DNA of 64,000 nt from an uncultured Acidobacteriota bacterium (lineage in GTDB: Bacteria > Acidobacteriota > Thermoanaerobaculia > Gp7-AA8), in the NCBI GenBank assembly GCA_963822445.1, contig CAWGHO010000001.1, forward strand, positions 800,001 to 864,000, given 5' to 3'. Numbering within the stretch: the first letter of the stretch is position 1; every line of letters begins with the position of its first letter. The notes below the pieces were generated by a model. That model worked only from the letters and a program-made list of their open reading frames with translations. It ran no database searches and had not been told where the DNA came from. Below are positions 53,964-62,265 of the stretch, piece by piece. The translations under genes were made by a program, and so were the position numbers.

Positions 53964-55057
53964 CTCGATATCACCGCCTTGTTCTTCTCGTTCAGCAGTG
54001 CCTCATCCTCGGCGAGCCGGAGGTCGGCGTCGACCATCAGCTCGACCAGCTCCTGGAATCCCGTCTTCGGGACCCAGCCCAGAACATTCTTCGCTTTCGT
54101 GGCATCGCCGAGCAGCAGCTCGACTTCGGTCGGACGCAAATAGCGCGGATCGATCTCGATCAGCGTTCGGCCGGTACTGCGATCGAAGCCACGCTCTTCG
54201 AATCCGGAGCCGCGCCACTCGATCTCGATTCCGACGCGCGCGAAGGCGAGCTCGCAGAACTCGCGCACGCTGTGAGTCTCGCCAGTGGCGATGACGAAGT
54301 CCTCGGCCTGCTCGTGCTGCAGCATCAGCCACATCGCTTCGACGTAATCACGGGCGTAGCCCCAGTCCCGTTTCGCATCGAGATTCCCGAGATACAGCCG
54401 GTCCTGCAGTCCATGTTTGATCCGGCCGGCGGCGCGCGTGATCTTGCGCGACACGAATGTCTCTCCGCGCCGCGGCGATTCGTGGTTGAAGAGGATCCCG
54501 TTCACGGCGAAGAGGCCGTATGCCTCGCGATAGTTCACCGTCAGCCAGAACGCGTAGACCTTGGCCACGCCGTACGGACTGCGCGGATAAAACGGGGTCC
54601 GCTCGTTCTGAGGAGTCTCGACGACCTTGCCGTACATCTCCGAAGACGAGGCCTGATAAATCCGAGGACGGATCTGCAGCTCGCGCACGGCCTCGAGGAG
54701 CCGCGTCGCGCCGAGACCCGTTACCTCGCCGGTGTATTCAGGCGTATCGAACGAGACCTTGACGTGGCTCTGGGCGCCGAGGTTGTAGATCTCGGCGGGA
54801 TCGACGATGCGAAGGATGCGATTGAGCGAGGAGGCATCGTTGAGATCCCCGTAGTGCAGGACCATGCGCCGGTCCTCGTCATGCGGGTCCTGGTAGATCG
54901 AGTCCAGGCGTTGGGTGTTGAAGGACGACGAGCGGCGGATGACGCCATGAACCTGATAGCCCTTCTCGATCAGAAGCTCGGCGAGGTATGAGCCGTCCTG
55001 ACCTGTGATGCCGGTAATCAGTGCCCGCCTGCGTCCGTCGGTCAATGGTGGGCTCAT
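53960..55057 (-). CDS. gmd: GDP-mannose 4,6-dehydratase
   Basis: [46 protein letters not shown]. Confidence 0.97.
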   Translation of the reverse strand: MSPPLTDGRRRALITGITGQDGSYLAELLIEKGYQVHGVIRRSSSFNTQRLDSIYQDPHDEDRRMVLHYGDLNDASSLNRILRIVDPAEIYNLGAQSHVKVSFDTPEYTGEVTGLGATRLLEAVRELQIRPRIYQASSSEMYGKVVETPQNERTPFYPRSPYGVAKVYAFWLTVNYREAYGLFAVNGILFNHESPRRGETFVSRKITRAAGRIKHGLQDRLYLGNLDAKRDWGYARDYVEAMWLMLQHEQAEDFVIATGETHSVREFCELAFARVGIEIEWRGSGFEERGFDRSTGRTLIEIDPRYLRPTEVELLLGDATKAKNVLGWVPKTGFQELVELMVDADLRLAEDEALLNEKNKAVISR

Positions 55058-55404
55058 TTACTCTCCTCGAGGCTGAGCTCCGTCGAGAGCTCGCGAATCT
55101 GCTCGGCGATGGTGTCGTACTCGGCCATCTTCAAGTGAAGAAACGACCTGGTCACTCTCAACTTCTCTTCGACGCCGCGCGGCGTGAGGATGTAGGCGTA
55201 AGCCATCTTGTTCTCGCTGTCGCGGAATCGCCGAGCCTTGACCAGGCCCTTCTCGATCAGGGCGCGCAGGCAGTAGTTGACCTTGCCGAGGCTGACGCCG
55301 AGGGCGCTGGCCAGTTCCCGCTGCGTCGCACTGGGGTCGTTGGCCAGTCGTCTCAGAAGGCGGTAGCGGATTTCATCGCTGAGGCGGGGACGGATGTTGT
55401 TCAA
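55054..55404 (-). CDS. MarR-family EPS-associated transcriptional regulator
   Basis: [30 protein letters not shown]...[13 protein letters not shown]...FL..KMAEY. Confidence 0.92.
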   Translation of the reverse strand: MNNIRPRLSDEIRYRLLRRLANDPSATQRELASALGVSLGKVNYCLRALIEKGLVKARRFRDSENKMAYAYILTPRGVEEKLRVTRSFLHLKMAEYDTIAEQIRELSTELSLEESK

Positions 55405-55454
55405 TGATTGAACAGGAGTAGATCACAGGAACGGGCGCCAACGCCTGAACGTTA

Positions 55455-55493
55455 AACAAAAAAAGCGCACCGGACGTTTTCGACCGGTGCGCT
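55455..55493 (-). terminator. Intrinsic terminator
   Basis: Minus strand: AGCGCACCGG-tcgaaaacgt-CCGGTGCGCT followed by a T-tract, about 25 nt after the stop of 55517..56452. Confidence 0.85.
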
Positions 55494-55516
55494 CGGAGGG
55501 ATCGAGAGAAACAGCC

Positions 55517-56452
55517 TTACTGCATCGACAGGAGGACCAGGATCTCGCCCTGACCTTCCTTCAGAGGCTCGAGAGCCTTGCCGATGATCGTGCCCGGCTG
55601 GTGGAACGAGCGTCCTTGCATGCTGATGGGCTGGGACTTCATGGCCATTCCAGGCTTGCTGCTCGTGACCAGAAGGTCGCCGACGGCAATGGGCGCGGCG
55701 GTGGCGTCTACACGGACTTTGACGCGTCCCGTGGTGGCGACCATTTCCTTCTCATCTCCCGAGACCCCCAGGATCAGACCCGGCTGTGCCGAGACAACGC
55801 CGGCGACCATCGTGTCGTACTCGGCATGTGACGCCATGATCTCGTTGTTCTTGTTCGGGTTCAGAACGACGACGGTGCCGGGCTCGAGCTCGGTGGTGGA
55901 AGGAACCCACTCAGCGACGTCCTGGTACGTAGCGACGACCGACGCGCCGCTCACTGTGCCTGCCGCGACGAGATTCCCCGTTGCGCCGAGCGTCAGCAAC
56001 ACGATAGGCGGTTGCGGCCCCGCAGGGTACCGGCTGAAAACGAATCCGTCTGTGATCGAGTCCAGTTTGATCTCGTAGCTGGGAAGGCTGGGGTTCATCG
56101 AGCCGGAACCGGAACCGTGGTAGTACAGGTTCCACTGCAGCAGCCCCTGAGCTGCGTTGGATGCAAACCGCATTCTGCCCATGTTCGGGCCAGTGTTTCC
56201 GAAGAAGAGATCGCCGCCGTCCGGACCGCCGATGTTCATGACACCGGCAACCAGATTACCCGGCTTGCCGATCCAGCCGCCGACATCGAGCTTCATCGTG
56301 GGGGAGGACGTGCCAATGCCGACGTTGTCGCCGACGGTGGTCAGTCGGACAACCGAGCCGTCATCCGTCCATCCGTTCTGGGCTTCGACCGGAGTCGTAG
56401 CGATGATGCCCACCACCAAAAAACAAAAGACGTAGCCACTGATTCTCTTCAT
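55517..56452 (-). CDS. Secreted protein with NVGIGT motif and C-terminal phage-fibre chaperone-like domain
   Basis: ATG 56452 with GGAGG SD, signal peptide ending VEA-Q; DNVGIGTSSP; YQDVAEWVP..LEPGTVV..AGVVS..TGRVKVRVDA..GDLLVTS..IIGKALE. Confidence 0.75.
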   Translation of the reverse strand: MKRISGYVFCFLVVGIIATTPVEAQNGWTDDGSVVRLTTVGDNVGIGTSSPTMKLDVGGWIGKPGNLVAGVMNIGGPDGGDLFFGNTGPNMGRMRFASNAAQGLLQWNLYYHGSGSGSMNPSLPSYEIKLDSITDGFVFSRYPAGPQPPIVLLTLGATGNLVAAGTVSGASVVATYQDVAEWVPSTTELEPGTVVVLNPNKNNEIMASHAEYDTMVAGVVSAQPGLILGVSGDEKEMVATTGRVKVRVDATAAPIAVGDLLVTSSKPGMAMKSQPISMQGRSFHQPGTIIGKALEPLKEGQGEILVLLSMQ

Positions 56453-56705
56453 CTGGATCCCTCCACGTGATCGTGTTCTTGTCCACACCATTCAGCGTGC
56501 CTCGTGCATTTAATGCAGGGGCCTAGCCATCTTTTTTAGGGGCGACCAGCGCTGAAGCGGACGACCGTGCGAACGATTTCGTCATCCTAACATGACCGGT
56601 GTGGATTTATGATGTGCCTCCCCGAGGTGTCTCGGCGCGAACACTCCCTGGGCGCGCCTGAGACCCTGAATCGGATCCACGACATCGGAAAGGCCCCCAT
56701 CTCGT

Positions 56706-58286
56706 ATGAACGATCTAGACGAGCGAAAGAGTCACATCCAGCCGGTTACTCTCGGTGGCTTCGCACGAATCCTGAGAGCCTACCGCGTTCCGATCCTGGT
56801 ATCGCTGGCCGCGGTGATCGTCGGCTTCGTGATCCTGGCTGCCCTGATATTGCTGACCTCGCCTTCGGAGGTCACCACCTATCAGCCCTTTCGGCTCGAG
56901 TTCGAAGGCGCCGATTCCGGTAAGTACCCCAACGGCATCAAGTTCAGCCCCGTGGAGATCGTCAGCATCCCCATCCTCGTCCGGGTGTACGAGGCGAACG
57001 ATCTCAAACGCTTCCTTCCGTTCAGTGAGTTCACCAAGTCCCTCTACGTGGTCGAGTCGAACCCAGCCCTCGAGCGTCTGTCCCGCGAGTACGCGGCGCG
57101 CCTGGCCGATCCCAAGCTCTCACCGGTAGACCGGGAAAGGATCCTTCGCGAGTTCGACTCCAAACGGCAGAGCATCTCCAAGAACGAGTACGCCCTGAAC
57201 TTCAGCACCCCCCATAACTCTCCGCCCAGCGGCGTTGTGAAGAAGATCCTCGCGGACGTCCTCCGGGAGTGGGCCAGCTACGCGGCCCGCGAGCAACGGG
57301 TCCTGCAGTATTCGGTGGCGGTTCTGTCGCCGAACACCATCCCCGCCGGCGATACCTCCATCCATTTCATAGGCCGTCTGCAGATCCTCCGATCGAACAT
57401 CTACAGGGTCATGGCGAACATCGAGGAGCTGGAGGCACTGCCCGGAGCGAAGCTGGCGCGCACGCGCCGTGACCAGCTTGCCTTGAACGACATCCGCATC
57501 CGCCTGGAAGACCTGATCAGATTCCGACTCGAGCCGCTGATCCCGGCGATTCGCGGAAGTGGCCTGATCCCGGACGTGGCCGAGGCCGTTCGATTCTGTG
57601 AGACCCAGCTTGCCCACGACGAGCGGCGCCTCGCCGCTGCGGAGGGCGACGCTGCGGTGATTCGCGATGCGATCAACGCGTATTCGCGCCAGCGCCGAGA
57701 TCCCGGGTCTGATGGCGCACCGGCCAACGGTGCACCCCGCGAGACGCCCCCGGCCACGCGAACCTCCGACGCTGTCGCACCGGTGCTCACCGAAACCTTC
57801 CTCGAAGGATTGATGGCGATGACCGCTCAGGGAGCGGAGATCCAGTACAGGCAGCGCCTGATCGACGACTACCGGGGCGCGGCGGCCAGAGTCGTGCCGC
57901 TGCAGCAGGCGGTGGCCTACGATCGCGACGTCATCGAACAGCTTCGGTCGGGGGCTGGAGGCGCGAGCGCTCTTACGGCGCAACAGGTCGAGAACGAGAT
58001 GCGCACCCTGCACGCCGAAGTTCGCATCGCCCTCGAGAGGATCAACGAGCTCCACGTGACCATTTCCCGCAACCTCAATCCCGAGACCCACATGTTCGTC
58101 GCGACTGCCGTGCCGGTCACCCGAACGCAGAGAACGGCGAGCTGGCAGCGCCTCGCCGTCATCGGATTGCTGGTCACGCTCTTGTCGATTCCCATGATTC
58201 TCGCCGGCGTGTTGATTCATAACCGGCTTCGCCAGGAGAAGGACGTGGAGGACGAAGAGGACCGCCTCGAAGCAGCAGCGCACTGA
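56706..58286 (+). CDS. Putative polysaccharide co-polymerase (Wzz/PCP-like)
   Basis: One N-terminal and one C-terminal TM flanking a large coiled-coil-rich region; no Walker motif; adjacent to the wzx/wzy locus. Confidence 0.55.
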   Translation: MNDLDERKSHIQPVTLGGFARILRAYRVPILVSLAAVIVGFVILAALILLTSPSEVTTYQPFRLEFEGADSGKYPNGIKFSPVEIVSIPILVRVYEANDLKRFLPFSEFTKSLYVVESNPALERLSREYAARLADPKLSPVDRERILREFDSKRQSISKNEYALNFSTPHNSPPSGVVKKILADVLREWASYAAREQRVLQYSVAVLSPNTIPAGDTSIHFIGRLQILRSNIYRVMANIEELEALPGAKLARTRRDQLALNDIRIRLEDLIRFRLEPLIPAIRGSGLIPDVAEAVRFCETQLAHDERRLAAAEGDAAVIRDAINAYSRQRRDPGSDGAPANGAPRETPPATRTSDAVAPVLTETFLEGLMAMTAQGAEIQYRQRLIDDYRGAAARVVPLQQAVAYDRDVIEQLRSGAGGASALTAQQVENEMRTLHAEVRIALERINELHVTISRNLNPETHMFVATAVPVTRTQRTASWQRLAVIGLLVTLLSIPMILAGVLIHNRLRQEKDVEDEEDRLEAAAH

Positions 58287-58336
58287 TCGGTTCCGGGGCA
58301 CACCGGTTGCACTGAGGCGACGTCGCGAACGTCCCC

Positions 58337-60124
58337 ATGCGCCGTCTCCTGCTCCTCGTTGCCTGTCTCCTTCCCTTGCCTGTGTCGGCGGCCGTTTTCG
58401 TGGTTCCCCACGATGAGTCCCTGATCAAAGACGCCGACGCGATCGTCGTCGCCCACATTCGCGGCATGAACGCGGTCTTCGACGCGAACGGCGACATCGT
58501 CACGGAGATCGATCTGGAGATCGAGCGCGTGCTCAAAGGGGACATCCCCCTCGGCGAGCCGCTCCGCATCCGCGAGCTCGGGGGCATCATCGGCACCCGC
58601 GGACTCTTCGTCTCCGAAAGCGCCACCTACTGGACCAGCAACCGCGGGTTGATTTTCCTCGAGCGTCACGGCGATGGCTGGCGCACGTACGGCACATCAC
58701 TCGGGAAGTTCGATTTCGTGCAGGATCACGACGGCCGCAACCTCGCAGTCCGCTGGGCTACGCGCGACGATCACTCGCAGCGCTGGTCTCCGGAAGGACA
58801 TCCGCATGAAGAACGGCTTCGCGATGCCGATAAGTTTCTGAACTACATCAGCCGTCGCGCCGACCCGGCACGCCGGCCTCCTCCCTCGACGATTCCCAGG
58901 ACGATCGCGGCCACGGCCGAAGTCGAAGCGGACTATTTCGTCGAGCGAGCTCCCGGCGGGAAGCTCACCGCGCCATACGCATGGGATCCGTCGACGAACG
59001 CCACCTATCCGCCGTCGGCCTACACGCAGGGAACTTTCCGCTGGGATATCTTCGATGCGGGCGGCTCGGTCACGTTCTTCGCCAGCGGCGCGCAACCCAA
59101 CTACGACTACATCGGCACGGCCCAGCGCGCGCTGGCGGCCTGGACGAACGACCCCGGCTCGAACATCGACTACCGCTACGGCGGAACGAACAGCGCGGGC
59201 TTCGTCGAGGATCAGGTCAACAGCATCGTCTACAACTCGCCCACCGGTGTTCCCGCAGGTGCTCTCGCCTATGCGAAGTGGTACGCCGGTGACGTGCACA
59301 CGTACAAGGGCGAGCAGTTCTACAGCATCAGCGAAGGCGACGTGGTGATGAAGCAGAATCCCGGCGTCTCGCAGAAGATGTTCGACGAGGCCATCACCCA
59401 CGAGCTCGGGCATACCCTCGGCTTCCGTCACTCTGATCAGGGCACCCCATCGTCGACACAGGCAGTCATGAAAGCGGTCCTCAGCGGCCAGTGGGGCGCG
59501 AGCCTCGGTCCGTGGGACATCGAAGCGGTGAGCGTCGTCTACACCGGCGCGAGCGCTCCCCCGCCGCCGGTCGGCACGCCGGGCAATCTCACGGCCACGG
59601 CCACGAACACGACGACGGTCGCTGTGAGATGGAACGCGGCGACGAATGCCACGAGCTACACCCTCGAGCGCGCGACGCGCATCGGTCAGTGGACGCAGAT
59701 CGCACAGTTCAACGGCACCGACTGGAACGACACCGGACGCACGCCGAACACGACCTACCTGTACCGGGTGCGCGCCGCGAATGGGACGGTTACTTCGGCC
59801 TACAGCAACATCGACCACGCCACGACGATCATCTTCACCGACGATCCCCTCGGCATAGACACACCGATTCGGGCCGTGCACCTGACCCAGCTCCGAACCA
59901 CGGTGAACGCCGTTCGCGTCGCCGCGGGACTATCGGCGTTGACGTACACGGATCCCAATCCGGCCGGCGTTGCGGTCAAGGCGGTGCACATCAACGAGCT
60001 CCGGACGGCGCTTTCGGCCGCCCTCGCGGCCATCGGCAAGAGCGCTTCCTTCAGCGGCACCGTCAGCTCGGGCACGCCGATCCGCGCGATCCACTTCCAG
60101 GAGCTTCGGGACCTGGTCAAGTAG
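58337..60124 (+). CDS. Secreted matrixin-like metalloprotease with FN3 domain and triple C-terminal repeat
   Basis: Signal peptide; HELGHTLGFRH + AVM; FN3 (PGNLTATA..VRW..YTL..YLYRVRA); three [IV][RK]A[VI]HxxxLR repeats. Confidence 0.9.
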   Translation: MRRLLLLVACLLPLPVSAAVFVVPHDESLIKDADAIVVAHIRGMNAVFDANGDIVTEIDLEIERVLKGDIPLGEPLRIRELGGIIGTRGLFVSESATYWTSNRGLIFLERHGDGWRTYGTSLGKFDFVQDHDGRNLAVRWATRDDHSQRWSPEGHPHEERLRDADKFLNYISRRADPARRPPPSTIPRTIAATAEVEADYFVERAPGGKLTAPYAWDPSTNATYPPSAYTQGTFRWDIFDAGGSVTFFASGAQPNYDYIGTAQRALAAWTNDPGSNIDYRYGGTNSAGFVEDQVNSIVYNSPTGVPAGALAYAKWYAGDVHTYKGEQFYSISEGDVVMKQNPGVSQKMFDEAITHELGHTLGFRHSDQGTPSSTQAVMKAVLSGQWGASLGPWDIEAVSVVYTGASAPPPPVGTPGNLTATATNTTTVAVRWNAATNATSYTLERATRIGQWTQIAQFNGTDWNDTGRTPNTTYLYRVRAANGTVTSAYSNIDHATTIIFTDDPLGIDTPIRAVHLTQLRTTVNAVRVAAGLSALTYTDPNPAGVAVKAVHINELRTALSAALAAIGKSASFSGTVSSGTPIRAIHFQELRDLVK

Positions 60125-60180
60125 CGGCCGCGCCCGCTTTTGCGGACCCAACCGCAGGAATGGCGGGGCTTCGCCGCGCG

Positions 60181-60186
60181 TATAAT
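60181..60186 (+). promoter_or_regulatory. Putative -10 box
   Basis: Consensus TATAAT in intergenic DNA 90 nt upstream of ATG 60277. Confidence 0.45.
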
Positions 60187-60276
60187 CTGAAGTAATCGGT
60201 CAGCAGCAAGCCCAACAATGTCGTCCGTGATCCGTTCGCGGCCGTTGGCTTGTTCGCGAAGCAACAAGGAGCCTGG

Positions 60277-62145
60277 ATGACTCGCCCATTCTTGTCGCGG
60301 TTTTTTGCCGTTGGAATCGCTGCAGCGATCCTCGTCTCTTCTCCCTCCTTCGCGGCAACGTTCATCGTTCCCGACGATCAGGAACTGGTCGGCAAGTCCG
60401 CGGCCATCGTGACCGGCGTCGTCATCGACAGCGTCGGCCAGCGCCGCGCGGACGGCCAGATCGAGACGATCTACAACGTTCGCATCGAGAAGTCGCTGAA
60501 GGGCACCTTCGAGCGCGGAGAGGTCGTGCAGGTGGCGTCTCCGGGCGGTCGCGTCGAAAAGCGCTGGTCGGCGGTCATCGGCGCTGCGCATTTTCAGCCG
60601 GAAGACAAGGTCCTTCTGTTTCTCCGCCAGCATCGTGGCAAATGGACGCCGACGGACATGACCCTGGGCAAGTTCCGGTTCGTCACTTCAACCGGCGGCC
60701 AATCGCTTCTGGTTCGTGATGCCGAGGACATTGTCGGCTTCGACAAACAGATGCGCACGCACGTCGAGCGCGTTCGCCGTGAAGCGACGTTCCTTCAGTT
60801 CATCGAAGAAACGGTCCGCGGCCGTGAGGCCGAAGCCGACTACTTCGTTCCGCCGGGAGAAACCGTGGCGCTGCCCGCGGAGGAGAAGACCGGTCGCTTC
60901 GACGTTGCGACCAACGACACCTTCTCCCCGCGCAGCTACGCCATCCATTTCAACTTCGGACTCTATCCGGGCCGCTGGCCCGAAGCGCGAATGACGTCCG
61001 CGATCACCCGCCCGTTCTTCAAGAACTCCGCGCAGAACGCAAGCGGCCTTGGTGACGGCGGTGTGGCGATGATTACGAACTCGCTCAACGCCTGGAACAA
61101 CGACTGTTTCTCGTACGCGAACTTCCCCTACGGCGGCACCAATTCGCTTCTGAAGAATGACGCCGACTTCGTCAACACGGTCATCTGGAACGATCCGGGC
61201 GATGACATCCCCGGCGTGTGGGGCGGCAGCGGCGTCATCGCCACCGCATACATGAGCGGTGACGATCTCCACACGTTCAACGCCGAGAACGATTGGGTAA
61301 CGATGTCTGACTCCGACGTCGTCGTCCAGGCGGGTCTCACCGGCGCCGAAGCATTCGTTGCCACGGCCATGACCCACGAGATTGGCCACGGCATCGGATT
61401 CCGTCACTCCGACACTCACTTCGACGGCACCGGCTGTCAGGGCACCGACGAGTGCTCGAGCTCAGCCATCATGAAGGCGTCGGTGAGCACGCATCACAAC
61501 TTCACGCTTCAGCCCTGGGACCAGAATGCCGTTCGCGCGCTGTACCCGATCGCCGATCAGTGCAGCACGCCGGTTCCGGCCGCGCCGACGGGTCTCAGCG
61601 CGACCGCGACGAGCACCGCCTCGGTTTCCGTTACCTGGAACGCCGTCACCGGCGCAACGAACTACAAGGTCTTCCGTCGCGAGGCCGCCGGCAGTTTCGT
61701 CGAGGTCGGCCAGTCGGCTACGACCGCTTTCACCAACTCCACCGGTCTCTCCGCGGACACCGCCTATCTGTACATGGTGAGGGCCTCGAACGCCGGCGGC
61801 GACTCGACCGACAGCAATATCGATCTGACCACCACCAGCGTGTTTACTGACTCGTCACTCGTTGCCGGCATCGTGGTCAAGCCTGCACATTTCAACGAGC
61901 TCCGAACCGCGGTGAACGCCGTGCGGACGCTGGCCGGACTGAGCACATTCAGTTTCACTGTGCCGCCCCCCGCGGCGACGGTCACCATCCGCAAAGCGCA
62001 CGTCGACGACCTCCGCACCAACCTCGCTGCAGCGCGTGCCTCACTCGGCCTTTCGGCGCTGACTTTGACCGATCCCACCATCACCGCGGGAACCACCCCT
62101 CCGAAAGCGGTCCACATCACCGAGCTCCGCAACGGCGTCCTCTGA
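60277..62145 (+). CDS. Secreted matrixin-like metalloprotease with FN3 domain and triple C-terminal repeat (paralogue of 58337..60124)
   Basis: AAGGAG SD + ATG 60277; signal peptide; HEIGHGIGFRH + AIM; FN3; three AH/VH-xx-[ED]LR repeats. Confidence 0.9.
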   Translation: MTRPFLSRFFAVGIAAAILVSSPSFAATFIVPDDQELVGKSAAIVTGVVIDSVGQRRADGQIETIYNVRIEKSLKGTFERGEVVQVASPGGRVEKRWSAVIGAAHFQPEDKVLLFLRQHRGKWTPTDMTLGKFRFVTSTGGQSLLVRDAEDIVGFDKQMRTHVERVRREATFLQFIEETVRGREAEADYFVPPGETVALPAEEKTGRFDVATNDTFSPRSYAIHFNFGLYPGRWPEARMTSAITRPFFKNSAQNASGLGDGGVAMITNSLNAWNNDCFSYANFPYGGTNSLLKNDADFVNTVIWNDPGDDIPGVWGGSGVIATAYMSGDDLHTFNAENDWVTMSDSDVVVQAGLTGAEAFVATAMTHEIGHGIGFRHSDTHFDGTGCQGTDECSSSAIMKASVSTHHNFTLQPWDQNAVRALYPIADQCSTPVPAAPTGLSATATSTASVSVTWNAVTGATNYKVFRREAAGSFVEVGQSATTAFTNSTGLSADTAYLYMVRASNAGGDSTDSNIDLTTTSVFTDSSLVAGIVVKPAHFNELRTAVNAVRTLAGLSTFSFTVPPPAATVTIRKAHVDDLRTNLAAARASLGLSALTLTDPTITAGTTPPKAVHITELRNGVL

Positions 62146-62163
62146 TCTGAATCCAACTGCGCT

Positions 62164-62192
62164 GGCCGGATCGTCTTGATGACGATCCGGCC
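62164..62192 (+). other. Perfect 12-bp hairpin after the protease gene (no U-tract)
   Basis: GGCCGGATCGTC-ttgat-GACGATCCGGCC, 18 nt after stop 62145. Confidence 0.75.
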
Positions 62193-62265
62193 CTCGTGAG
62201 CGCGAAAGCGATCCAGATCACAGCCCCCGGAGCTGTGCTGCCCTAACCTGATCCCAATCGTCCCC

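Noticed and set aside
56453-56705. Riboswitch or sRNA in the divergent intergenic region (includes near-palindrome TGCATTTAATGCA)
   Set aside because: No recognisable Rfam-type consensus; a single short palindrome is insufficient evidence
22556-58286. Glycan locus as a mobile genomic island or prophage
   Set aside because: No integrase, transposase, tRNA target, flanking direct repeats or phage structural genes recognised
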